A stretch of 63,314 nucleotides of DNA, filler included, from 4 parts of 4 records of this genome joined end to end with filler, not necessarily neighbours in it; one strand, 5' to 3'. Shown: positions 7,469 to 16,801, numbered from the whole stretch's first letter. The notes: generated by a model from the letters alone, not told the origin. Numbers and translations are program-made.

Positions 7469-9700
7469 TTAATCCCCGAATAGTTCATTATCTAAATCGT
7501 CATATAGCAGGCTATCAGGCCCTTTGATGGTTGTTTTTTCGTTCGATAGTTGTTCTTGAACCTCAAGTGCATGTTTGACTTGATGAATAGCAGCATATTG
7601 TCGTTGAAGCTCTTTAGTGCGCGGATTCATGCCTAATCGAGTGTTGTCTGGGGTACTCGCAATAATGTCTTCATTCAGGCGTATCAACTGCTGTGAGCAC
7701 TGCTCTTTGAACATTCGTAACTTTTTCATGTTGAGCTGATTTTTATGGCGTTTATCCTTAAATTGCTCAAGCAAATGAAGAACAGGCTCCCAGTGCTGGT
7801 CGATAAATGGACTTTCGTTATTAACATCTTTTGAATCGAAACGGATATATTGATTATCTTCCGTTTTATGCCATATATGTGATGTCCATTGTCGCCAACG
7901 TTTGACCGGAATTTTGAATGCGCCGGAATGCTTCGCACGAGTAAACCATCCGGCCTTTTTAGCGTAATCTGAGTAATAAACTAAGCCATCTAAGTAAACC
8001 CCATCACTGCGGACCGACGCCAACTCCTCCGGTAAAAATGCCCAACGAATACGCCCTGTATCTTCAGATGTCACAACACGACCACCATTCATTTCTTGCT
8101 TTAAACTGTGCTTGAACAGTGCATTAGGGGTGATATCGATATCCTCTCGGATCGCATTAATATTAAAGCGATTTAAGCGGTCAGCGGAATTGTTATAAAG
8201 AACAATGACGTTAATGATTTCAGCGACGAGCGAGTCATAGTCTAAGATCGCGTGATTTGATGGATGCTGCTCACCGCGCTGAGGTGCCTCGGGGAGAGCT
8301 CCTGGTATATAATGAACTGTGGCATCGTTGAGCGTTTTAAACTTGCGCTCAACAATCCCTTTAGCATCACCACGAAAAACTGCGGTGAAGTTGTAGCCGC
8401 GTATTCCAATTTCTGATTTCAAAACGGATGTAATCAAGCGATCTGGATGTTCCGTGCCGTTATCAACCGTGACTTCAACTGGGATATGATGGGCCGGCCA
8501 ATCGTCTTGTGTGATGATGACGCCAAATTTGGCGGCGAACTCGACTTTATCGCTACATGCATTAACAAGCGCCTGACTCGCCCCGGCCCAGTTCGGACCA
8601 TCGAATCCAATGTAGAAGCCGACAATGGCCGTTGAAAACACATCAATGACAAGATATAACACAGGCCGTCCCATGCTAAATTGTCCTGATGTATCAAATG
8701 GATAGCGAATATATAAATCAAGAACGGTTGCATCAACTTCATAACGAAACGTAGCTCCGATAACCCCATCGTGGGCACTTCCTTGACGGTCTGCATAGTC
8801 CTTTTCATAGGTAATATAACCATATCGAATTTTTAAATATTCTGTTTTGTTAACAATCTGCTTGAAGTGATAGCGTAGCTGCGATTCAGATAAAGAATCA
8901 CATTCGTCAAATGGGATACGCGTTTCAGTTTTGACGTTATCGATGATGCGCTCTAGGGATATCGACTCAAAATTATATTGATAAATCTCAATCGCTTTAT
9001 AATAGGTAAACTTCGGATAACGTTTGCGGCCTTCTTTGGATTTCATAAATGCTACAACTTGGCGTATCCGTTTTTTATGCTCCTCTGTTATCCCCATACT
9101 TTTTGAGCGGCTTTGACTATTGTCTGCTTTACCGCGACCGCGCTTTATATTAGATGGCTCATCGATTTTGTCAGGTAAAAAATAATTCTTCCCGACATTT
9201 TTAAGCTTCACCGGTAGCAACGCGTTATGCGTGCATCCAAACACGATAAAACGATTAAATGCATTGTAGTAAGCGCTTGTAGTTTGCCATGCTTCATCCC
9301 CTAAGCGCTCACGGTTTGACGTTAATAGCTGCTCAACTTCTGCTGCGATACCGTGTTCGTATAGGTACTGACAAATCAATTTTTCAGACGTTAATGGTTC
9401 AATGAAAGAGAATTTTCTGTCACGCTTTTTAAGCCAGGTATGTCGACCAAGTCGTTTTAACGTTTCGTCGCTATAAGACATTTCTGCTGGCATGTCGTAA
9501 TGTGATGAGTTTGCCGTTTGCTTTTTCAGCATTTTCTCTATGTCCGAAAACTGCTTGATATTGGGTTTACTGACGTTGTTGGCACTAAGGGCCTGCTCCA
9601 TGTCTGCAACGGCAGCCTGTTTTCTGCGCAGGTTGACATGGCATACAAGGTACGTAATTTTACTTTCTTCATCTGTGATGACTTGCCCTACATAGATCAT
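7469..9700 (-). CDS. tnsB: TnsB DDE transposase (743 aa)
   Basis: Catalytic triad YEVDAT / VTVDNG / KGIVERKF and GRPVLYLVIDVFS. The start overlaps the tnsA stop as ATGA at 9697-9700. Confidence 0.93.
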   Translation of the reverse strand: MIYVGQVITDEESKITYLVCHVNLRRKQAAVADMEQALSANNVSKPNIKQFSDIEKMLKKQTANSSHYDMPAEMSYSDETLKRLGRHTWLKKRDRKFSFIEPLTSEKLICQYLYEHGIAAEVEQLLTSNRERLGDEAWQTTSAYYNAFNRFIVFGCTHNALLPVKLKNVGKNYFLPDKIDEPSNIKRGRGKADNSQSRSKSMGITEEHKKRIRQVVAFMKSKEGRKRYPKFTYYKAIEIYQYNFESISLERIIDNVKTETRIPFDECDSLSESQLRYHFKQIVNKTEYLKIRYGYITYEKDYADRQGSAHDGVIGATFRYEVDATVLDLYIRYPFDTSGQFSMGRPVLYLVIDVFSTAIVGFYIGFDGPNWAGASQALVNACSDKVEFAAKFGVIITQDDWPAHHIPVEVTVDNGTEHPDRLITSVLKSEIGIRGYNFTAVFRGDAKGIVERKFKTLNDATVHYIPGALPEAPQRGEQHPSNHAILDYDSLVAEIINVIVLYNNSADRLNRFNINAIREDIDITPNALFKHSLKQEMNGGRVVTSEDTGRIRWAFLPEELASVRSDGVYLDGLVYYSDYAKKAGWFTRAKHSGAFKIPVKRWRQWTSHIWHKTEDNQYIRFDSKDVNNESPFIDQHWEPVLHLLEQFKDKRHKNQLNMKKLRMFKEQCSQQLIRLNEDIIASTPDNTRLGMNPRTKELQRQYAAIHQVKHALEVQEQLSNEKTTIKGPDSLLYDDLDNELFGD

Positions 9701-10518
9701 ATGTTGAGCTCGACAGGACGGAATAGTCTGATATAACGCGTTGTATCCACTGGCAATAAATGACGTAAACACGCATATTGAAATAGGGCTTGAACTCGCT
9801 CAAGGGGCTGACTTAACAAGGCTTCAAGCTGTTTGAAATGGCATTGTAGTTCTGCGCGGGGGGACGTCATCCAGGTATGAATGAACGCAATGCAAAACTC
9901 TCGCAACTCATCAACTGACGCTTCAACATGTGCGGCAAGTAAGAAATAATTAAAATTCCACGCCTCGGCTTTAGTTGCATCACGCTCGGTCACAACTTGG
10001 TAATCAGTGTTACGTCGAAGCCAATATTGGCGTTCTATTTCAAATTTTTGCCATATCCTTTGGTCTTTTTGCTGAACATTGCCATTGTCATCTTCTTCAT
10101 AGATTTCATCAAAGTACTTGAATGTATAGGCAATGTGATAATGCCCTTCTGACTGCCCTGCATATTTGACGAGAAAATCTGTCGTCATCACATAAGCGAT
10201 GTTAGTTTTGTAATTGCGGGGATGGATAAGATTCAGCTCGACTGCGATGTCGAGTGTTTCATCAACATCGAGAGGAAACTGCTCTAAAACGTCAACTCGA
10301 TTTGGTGCTAACAGCAGTTTTTTGTATGTACGAGACTCGCCGTCGGATAAGAGATGCACATTACGTTTTTGCAGCGGACAGAAGTTCCAGTGACGTCGGC
10401 CGACTTGGCGCACATCACGCACAGTCAAATACGGTTTATAAATTCCCGTTTTTTCAATGTCTAGCTTCCATGCGTTTAGTTTGATTATGTCTTTGTTACT
10501 AACGGTAATGTTTGCCAT
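9697..10518 (-). CDS. tnsA: TnsA endonuclease
   Basis: Motifs YKPYL, HLLSDGE, EQFPL, HP..VMTTDFL and KFEIERQYW. The start is uncertain (10518, 10524 or 10554). Confidence 0.9.
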   Translation of the reverse strand: MANITVSNKDIIKLNAWKLDIEKTGIYKPYLTVRDVRQVGRRHWNFCPLQKRNVHLLSDGESRTYKKLLLAPNRVDVLEQFPLDVDETLDIAVELNLIHPRNYKTNIAYVMTTDFLVKYAGQSEGHYHIAYTFKYFDEIYEEDDNGNVQQKDQRIWQKFEIERQYWLRRNTDYQVVTERDATKAEAWNFNYFLLAAHVEASVDELREFCIAFIHTWMTSPRAELQCHFKQLEALLSQPLERVQALFQYACLRHLLPVDTTRYIRLFRPVELNI

Positions 10519-11123
10519 TTGCATGCTGCATTCGATTGGGTGAATTTTGAGCACGGTACAGCAAAAAAAAGTTTTTTGTAAGACTGTTTGTTATTCTATT
10601 TATTTGTTATAATTCAGCAACTTACATAATATATCGGAATTATAGATTTAGTCAATTCAAACGATATTTGAGCACATATTTTGATAAAATATGTCACTCT
10701 GCAAGATGTTGATTTTATTGTGTTTTTTTTATCATCGTTTTTTAGTGAATTTTTCACTTTTTTATGAATTTTTTAAAGAAATACTGTTATTTTTTATACG
10801 TTTCATATGTCTCACATACCAGTTTGGTTGAGCAAAAATACAACCAAATCACTCGTTTCTAACGTTATGTTTCTACTGAATAAATCTCAAATTATTGCAA
10901 CATCATTTCTCCAAAGAAATAGCAAAAAAATAATGCATTTTTGGCATGTAAAACTAACCTTAAAAACCAGAAAAAATAATCGGAATTTTTACATTAATAG
11001 TATGAGTATCTAAATAGGTTATTATCAAAGTGATGATAACCTACTACTGATTTAAATGGGGGGGGCTTTTTTAGATAACGCTTCTAGTTTGATAAAACGT
11101 CAAAAAATACGGTACTGAATATC

Positions 11124-11405
11124 ATGAGTATTCATCAAGAAAACCACACTGACGGAAGACCCCTCTACAACGTTGGAACGCTTTTCTTGGATGTGCAAGA
11201 CCCTCTTTTCACTTGTCACAGCGATAGAACTGTCCGCTGGTTAGAAAATGCCCAGTTTCATATCTGCGGTCACGTTCACGAAGGTTATGGCGTTTGGAGA
11301 ATGGGAAACACAACACTCCTCAACGCTAGCGTGTTTACATGGCGATACCAACCAACAAACTTACCGATTGAGTTTGAAATTATTCTAGGAAAAAAAGGCG
11401 TATGA
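11124..11405 (+). pseudogene. C-terminal fragment of a calcineurin-like metallophosphoesterase
   Basis: HICGHVHEGYG...LLNAS is the final GHxH motif; the N-terminal metal motifs are absent. Confidence 0.6.
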
Positions 11406-11485
11406 ATGATGGGGGTTTTTTGCCTCATGTTTAACGTTTCATTAATCCAAAGGTTATGGGCAATACCTACGAGGTTTTATTGTTA

Positions 11486-11776
11486 TCACGAGATAATTGC
11501 TCGTTGATATAGCTGTGCATATCGGTCACATAGTAAGCCAAAATCCAATGGCTCTTTGCCCATGATATCGACTTGTGGGGTAGGGATCCCTGTTGGTTCG
11601 TCCACGTCAATGTAGTAAACATGTATTTGCACCGTTTCACTACTTAGGCGATTCAGCTCACTCATCAATCTCAGGAAGAGAAACTGATAGCGTTCATTAA
11701 TCTCGGCATAACAAGACAACACGAGATTAGTATGATCACCGATAAAGTTGGTAAGCCTGTTGTTGTCGAGGTACAT
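11486..11776 (-). CDS. Hypothetical protein or gene fragment
   Basis: 96-aa ORF with protein-like composition and no clear RBS; may be the 3' remnant of a broken gene. Confidence 0.35.
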   Translation of the reverse strand: MYLDNNRLTNFIGDHTNLVLSCYAEINERYQFLFLRLMSELNRLSSETVQIHVYYIDVDEPTGIPTPQVDIMGKEPLDFGLLCDRYAQLYQRAIIS

Positions 11777-12118
11777 ACTGTTTTCCGAGTTTAGGGATAT
11801 CTTTAACGCTTGAGTATACCGCCTTCTAATATCAGAGCCACCCCCTTAAAACTGAGATTTGGGGAACTATTGAACTCAAGTGAATTTTCATTTTTACCGG
11901 CTTCACCGCAAAAACCAGTTGTTTGAATATGTCCATCTATGGAATACTCGGGTAAATAACTTTGGCTTAAATGTATTGATTTTTTCAATAATTCTTTTCC
12001 AGAAACACAGCAATTTATAACTATGTAACTTCTATTAGTAGGCTTCTTAGTTAGGGACGGGCAGTTAGCTTTTGGGAATTTATGAAAAATATACTCGTTA
12101 AATAAAGTTTGGTAAGGG

Positions 12119-13885
12119 GTGCTTGTGATATATGAAAATGTTGAAGGTAAATTTTTGGACTTTTTGCATAATCCAGTTTGCAATGCAGCGATGCTAAATA
12201 AAGGTTTTAGTTCTTCAGTTTTGCCTTCATTTTTATATAGATTGATGTCTTATTTCAAAGAGCACTCAGCTATTGATAATTTCGAATTATATTTCTTAAA
12301 AAAGTTAGCTAATATTGAACATGAAATAGCAAGCATAAATAAGAAATGTGGGAGTGACGATGTCTTAGAGCGGGAGGTTATACTTAGTTCTTTGTCTAAG
12401 TACCTTTCCATAGAAATCCACTCTATTGAGCGAGAAAATGAACTGCCAATCTCTAAAGAACAATTGTCTGTATTTAAAGAAAAGGAGGTTTTTGTAAAGT
12501 TTGAGTATCATTTTAATAGGCTGAGTGAGCATTTTAATATTGATGGTGGACGTATTTTACAAATAGTAAAAAATAAAAATATTTGGATTTTATTCTATTT
12601 AAGTGAAATTTATTTTTTATATAAGCAAGGGATGCTGGAAGCGTCTTATAGTGGTAAAAAAATAACTTTCACGATGCCGGATACAATATCAAAAACTCGT
12701 TTTAAGTCATATTGGCTAAGTGAGATTTTAGAAAGTTTGTCACAACAAGCAGATAAAGAAATGTTAAAGGGATTTTCAGAGTTTATTCAGAGAGGCCGTC
12801 TTGAATTTGTCGCAACTAACTTAGTTGAACAGGTGTTGGATAAAATATTTTCCATTAAGCCGAAATATCTTGATAAGAGCCAACTAAATTCTGAACAATA
12901 TATCTTAATGAAAGATTTAATCTGTATTTATTCAGTAATATATTCCCTGTCCTTAAAAGGTGTAAAAAATATTTCCGCTACTTATTTTATTAATAGTGGC
13001 TTAGTAAAATGTTCTTCGTTAACGTTTGTCCAAAAACACTTGAATCAAATTCATCGGAAGTTTAAAGGGGTTTATTCAACTATAGAGTTAAATGGAAGTG
13101 AGTTCACCTTAGGTAATTTTGAGTTCAAATTTGGAATTAGATATTTTGTTGGTGAGCTTGTCTTAAAAAAACAAAAGGAAGTCAGAGGGAAGGACTTTCC
13201 AGGTGAACTCGGAGATATTTTTGATAAAGTTTATGTTAGTAATTATTTGAAAAGCTTAGATGGAGGTTTTTTAACTGTATTTCCCGAGTTTCAACCCAGT
13301 AAATCTAACAAATCCAGTAAATCTGGTGAAATTAAAGGCTACGATATTGATGTTGTTGTGAGAGATAATAGGACAGAGCAGTATTACTTTATTCAAGTAA
13401 AGTATCTATTATCTAAGCTGCCAAAATTTCTGTCTGAACGCATCTATAATTTCAAAAAAGATTCGATTGGTAAGGGGTTTGATCCTCAACTATTGCAGTT
13501 AAAAAATAATTTTAATGACCCATTGATTAGAGAGAAACTTAAAAATCATGGACTCGATAAAGCTACACTTGAAAACAGTCACTTTGTTTTGTTACATAAT
13601 TTACCATACCTGAATTTTTATAAGGCCCAAGGGGTTCTTTTTTTTGAGTGGAATTTAGCAAGGAATATTCTGAAAAATGGAAAAATTTATTGGTATGAGG
13701 AGGGAATTTCAGGGTCTACATCTTCGAGTGAAAAATTGGAGCTATTTGATATGGAAAAGATAGTAGAAAGCTATTTCTCTAATAAGAAATTTGGGCGAGA
13801 ATTAACAACGTATTTTGAGTTGAACCAACGTTCTAGATTAATATTAAAAGATGGTAAAATGGTCATTGATTGTCCTCTTCTTTAG
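12119..13885 (+). CDS. Large low-GC protein with a C-terminal PD-(D/E)XK-like nuclease domain; candidate defence cargo
   Basis: 588 aa with a TAAGGGG RBS and the motif GDIFD...YDIDVVV...YFIQVK. The stop is 2 bp from the innermost transposon-end repeat. Confidence 0.75.
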   Translation: MLVIYENVEGKFLDFLHNPVCNAAMLNKGFSSSVLPSFLYRLMSYFKEHSAIDNFELYFLKKLANIEHEIASINKKCGSDDVLEREVILSSLSKYLSIEIHSIERENELPISKEQLSVFKEKEVFVKFEYHFNRLSEHFNIDGGRILQIVKNKNIWILFYLSEIYFLYKQGMLEASYSGKKITFTMPDTISKTRFKSYWLSEILESLSQQADKEMLKGFSEFIQRGRLEFVATNLVEQVLDKIFSIKPKYLDKSQLNSEQYILMKDLICIYSVIYSLSLKGVKNISATYFINSGLVKCSSLTFVQKHLNQIHRKFKGVYSTIELNGSEFTLGNFEFKFGIRYFVGELVLKKQKEVRGKDFPGELGDIFDKVYVSNYLKSLDGGFLTVFPEFQPSKSNKSSKSGEIKGYDIDVVVRDNRTEQYYFIQVKYLLSKLPKFLSERIYNFKKDSIGKGFDPQLLQLKNNFNDPLIREKLKNHGLDKATLENSHFVLLHNLPYLNFYKAQGVLFFEWNLARNILKNGKIYWYEEGISGSTSSSEKLELFDMEKIVESYFSNKKFGRELTTYFELNQRSRLILKDGKMVIDCPLL

Positions 13886-13887
13886 TG

Positions 13888-14026
13888 GTCACAAACTTTA
13901 TTTAATATTCACAAATTGGTTATTAGGGACAGTTAAAGTTTGAGTCACAAACTCTATTAAGAATCTGGCAAAATTTTAATTGGCGCTTTCAATATTTGCA
14001 GTCACAAACTTAATTAACAGTCATCA
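13888..14026 (-). repeat. Tn7-like transposon end with three TnsB-binding-type direct repeats
   Basis: GTCACAAACT-N4/5-TTAA at 13888, 13944 and 14001 (spacing 56 and 57 bp), with a weaker copy at 13908. The inward-reading terminus is TGATGACT followed by the first repeat. Confidence 0.75.
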
Positions 14027-14149
14027 TCTACGTCATCCTAGCAACCTCAGCGGCATTGCCGTCGCTGCTCGCCCCAATCACATAGTACAGCTATGCTCAT
14101 GGGGTCTCGCAGCTCGGCAGCTTTGCTGAGGCTCCTATGATTTAGTAGA
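14027..14149. repeat. ERIC-like palindromic repeat (MITE type)
   Basis: 123-bp imperfect palindrome TCTAC...GTAGA with the core CCCCAATCACATAG...CTATGCTCATGGGG characteristic of Vibrio-type ERIC sequences. Confidence 0.8.
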
Positions 14150-14179
14150 AACGGTTTACATGAATTTGCAAGATTGAAG

Positions 14180-14203
14180 AAACGAGCTTAGGCTCGTTTT
14201 TTT
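14180..14203 (+). terminator. Rho-independent terminator
   Basis: AAACGAGC-ttag-GCTCGTTT followed by a T tract. Confidence 0.75.
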
Positions 14204-14214
14204 GTTTTGTGGCT

Positions 14215-14360
14215 GTGCCACTTTATGTGCTGTGCTTATCTAGCATTCGCTGCGCTTATTAAGCATGCGCCATGCGCACTAAGCATGTGCTTTGCACACG
14301 GAGCATTCACTTCGTTCACCGTCATCCATGACGTTTTTGTCTCACATCCTTGAGAGCCAG
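14215..14360. repeat. Cluster of short REP-like palindromes
   Basis: Units include AAGCATGCGCCATGCGCAC, AAGCATGTGCTTTGCACAC, CGTCATCCATGACG and CTCACATCCTTGAG. Confidence 0.55.
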
Positions 14361-14380
14361 TTACTCTTTCTTCTACAGCC

Positions 14381-14480
14381 NNNNNNNNNNNNNNNNNNNN
14401 NNNNNNNNNNNNNNNNNNNNNNNNTTAATTAATTAANNNNNNNNNNNNNNNNNNNNNNNNNNNNNNNNNNNNNNNNNNNN
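14381..14480. other. Artificial contig linker
   Basis: N run containing TTAATTAATTAA (stop codons in all six frames). Confidence 0.98.
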
Positions 14481-14553
14481 CCAACCGACGTTGCGCCAAC
14501 CGACGTTGCGGTAACCGACGTTGCGCCAACCGCGTTGCGTCAACCAAGTTGCA
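14481..14553. repeat. Tandem ~15-bp palindromic repeat CCAACCGACGTTGCG, about 5 copies, degenerating rightwards
   Basis: Read directly; truncated by the contig edge. Confidence 0.9.
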
Positions 14554-14639
14554 CTTAGTGCTGCTAAGCTATTGGAGCTGAGTTCTTTTGGCTCTTATCT
14601 GCAATTCTAATGATCTTGAGTATAGAGTTTAGATGTAAA

Positions 14640-15524
14640 CTAAGGATTTACAATAATCGCTAAAGCGCCAAAAAGTCCCGAGTGCTGTCCTAAGCCAGGT
14701 AGGCAAATAATCTTATCTAGGGTGACGTTAGCGGGCATATGCACGTAGTTGGCAAGAGAGTGTTCGGTATACTTAATTATCTTGGTTAGCAAACCCGGCT
14801 TACTCATTACACCACCGCCCAAAATAATTTTTTGTGCACTGTAGCCAACAATCAGATTGTGACATAAGCTGGCCATCACTTGAGCTTGAATATCCCATGC
14901 TTGATGATGTTCATCCAACGTATCAGCCGGCTGTTGCCAAATTTGTCCTAGCGCAGTGCCGGAGGCCAGCCCCTCTACACAATTACCATGAAAGGGGCAA
15001 ATACCTTGGATCCCTTTGGGCGCGGGCACCAGCAGATGACCAATTTCTGGATGAACCAAGCCATGTAAGGGACGGCCATTTATCACCACCCCACCCCCCA
15101 CTCCAGTGCCAACAGTAATATAAATACTGACATCACACCCTTGTGAAGCTCCCCACTGATATTCGGCCAACGCAGCAGCGTTGACGTCAGTATCAATAAA
15201 TACCTCACAATGGAGAACTTGTTTAAGCCTCTCGACCATAGGGGTATGACTCCAAAATGGCTTTGGTGTCACTGTAATATTACCGAAACTGCTGGAATGT
15301 TGGTCTAAATCCAATGGACCAAAACAAGCTAAGCCCAATTGCTTAAAATTATAGCCTTTTCCTACCTGCTGCTTAAAAAAGTCACAAACCAAACCAAGGG
15401 TTTGCTCTGGTGTAGTGGTAGCAATACGAGTTTGTGCATAAATATTTCGTTGTGTATCCACAATAGCGCAATTGAATTTCGTTCCACCAGCTTCTATTAC
15501 GGCGAAATATGTGTTGTCTGTCAT
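14640..15524 (-). CDS. ROK-family fructokinase
   Basis: Motifs IEAGGTKF, DTDVNAAALAE, GTGVGGG, HPEIGH and CPFHGNCVEGLASG. Confidence 0.9.
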   Translation of the reverse strand: MTDNTYFAVIEAGGTKFNCAIVDTQRNIYAQTRIATTTPEQTLGLVCDFFKQQVGKGYNFKQLGLACFGPLDLDQHSSSFGNITVTPKPFWSHTPMVERLKQVLHCEVFIDTDVNAAALAEYQWGASQGCDVSIYITVGTGVGGGVVINGRPLHGLVHPEIGHLLVPAPKGIQGICPFHGNCVEGLASGTALGQIWQQPADTLDEHHQAWDIQAQVMASLCHNLIVGYSAQKIILGGGVMSKPGLLTKIIKYTEHSLANYVHMPANVTLDKIICLPGLGQHSGLFGALAIIVNP

Positions 15525-16801
15525 ATTCTTGGTGATCCATATTCTGACGCTTCGATTTCTGCTAAGCGTTTTTCTGTTGGGTTATAAAAATAATTGTATA
15601 ATAAGCCCACGAAAAGTAAGCCGGTAAACACCGTGGCAACGATAAAACCGTATTTTGCATCGCCCCCAAAGGCATCACTTACCACTCCCATAATAAACGG
15701 GCCGAGCGCTGCCCCTGCAGCGGTAAAAAACAAAATCACCCCAGCAACAGTGCCATGCTCTCGCTTGGTAAAACAGCTAATTCCTTTCGAATTAAGGGTT
15801 GGGTAAATAACCGACATAAAGATCCCTGTTAACGGGAAGGTGTACAAGGCGACGGCCTTGCCACCAACTAATCCAGCTAAAAAGCACAGTAAAATAGCAC
15901 AACTAAACAACAATAAAACCAAAGCCCAATTAAGCCGCTGCATCATCCATATACCGAAAAAACGACCTAGTGCGCGTAATGCAAAAAACACCGAGACCGC
16001 ATACATGGCTAAGTTTTTTTGTGCATCACTTGTGTAACAAGCAAAAGTAGCACTGATATCTTGTGCGCCACACACCAAATAGCTGGGCATCCACACATAA
16101 ATGGCACTCTCTGCCGCCACATATAAAAAAGTAGCAATAGAAAAACCCATGGCGTAGGGATTGCTTAACAGTTTGAGACTACTCCCTATATTGATAGGCG
16201 TATTGGATTCAGCCTTTGGGTTGTGCTTAGGATAATTAGCTTTCCAGGCCATCACAATTAACAAGGTACATATCGCCCCGGCCAGCACGTAGAGTAATTT
16301 CCAGTCAACCCCTGAACGTACCATCCAGGCCACGATTAACGGCCCAATTATCGCTCCCAAACCAAAAAATGCTTCAGCACCATTCATGGTGCCTGTATGC
16401 TCTTTAGTTGAACGAGAAATATCGCCAATTAAAGCCAGAGCCGCGGTTTTAAAAATACCAACGGCTATGCCTGACAAGGTAATTAGTCCAAGAATGAAAC
16501 CAAAACTATTAGCAGCTAAAAAGAAATAACAAGAAATAGCAAATAGGGATAAACCTAATATTATGGCTTTTTTTCGACCAAATCTATCCGCTAAATAACC
16601 GAGGAATAATCCAGAAAAAGCAATACCAATCATAAATAACGAATGCATCAGACTTGCTTGAGTATTATTCACTTCAAACTGACGTTTTACTTCTTTAATG
16701 ATCTCACCAACCGAATCGGAGGTCATCGCAAACATCATAAACATCAGGTATGTCAGCCAACGAATTAATGTATTGCTGTTTGAGTTTTGCGCAACTGCCA
16801 T
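15521..16801 (-). CDS. MFS sugar transporter (FucP/GluP-like)
   Basis: About 12 hydrophobic segments, the GYLADRFGRKK motif, and a fructokinase neighbour. Confidence 0.88.
   Translation of the reverse strand: MAVAQNSNSNTLIRWLTYLMFMMFAMTSDSVGEIIKEVKRQFEVNNTQASLMHSLFMIGIAFSGLFLGYLADRFGRKKAIILGLSLFAISCYFFLAANSFGFILGLITLSGIAVGIFKTAALALIGDISRSTKEHTGTMNGAEAFFGLGAIIGPLIVAWMVRSGVDWKLLYVLAGAICTLLIVMAWKANYPKHNPKAESNTPINIGSSLKLLSNPYAMGFSIATFLYVAAESAIYVWMPSYLVCGAQDISATFACYTSDAQKNLAMYAVSVFFALRALGRFFGIWMMQRLNWALVLLLFSCAILLCFLAGLVGGKAVALYTFPLTGIFMSVIYPTLNSKGISCFTKREHGTVAGVILFFTAAGAALGPFIMGVVSDAFGGDAKYGFIVATVFTGLLFVGLLYNYFYNPTEKRLAEIEASEYGSPRI

Larger units (their letters stand above)
1..14026 (-). mobile_element. 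Tn7-like transposon (partial; the other end is not in the window)
   Basis: tnsABC-tniQ operon plus a terminal repeat cluster at 13888-14026. The left extent is inferred because no second end was found in 1-5000. Confidence 0.75.

Noticed and set aside
10781-10800. Possible LexA box upstream of tnsA
   Set aside because: It has the CTGT half-site but lacks the CAG half at the required spacing.
11429-11488. GTTTAAC-N5-ATTAAT...GTTATC as another attC
   Set aside because: Right-arm pairing is too poor to support by eye.
11803-12183. 126-aa minus-strand ORF
   Set aside because: It overlaps the start and promoter of the 588-aa gene and has no convincing start; at most part of a degraded gene.
13888-14018. 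Repeats with ~57-bp period as a mini CRISPR array
   Set aside because: The conserved part is only ~10-18 bp and non-palindromic, and it ends 8 bp from a TG terminus; transposase-binding sites explain it better.
14381-14480. TTAATTAATTAA motif within N runs, repeated three times in the window
   Set aside because: Artificial scaffold linker with six-frame stops; not biological.
14481-14553. Possible CRISPR array near the Tn7-like element
   Set aside because: The 15-bp units are head-to-tail with no unique spacers, lie on a different contig, and no cas genes are present.
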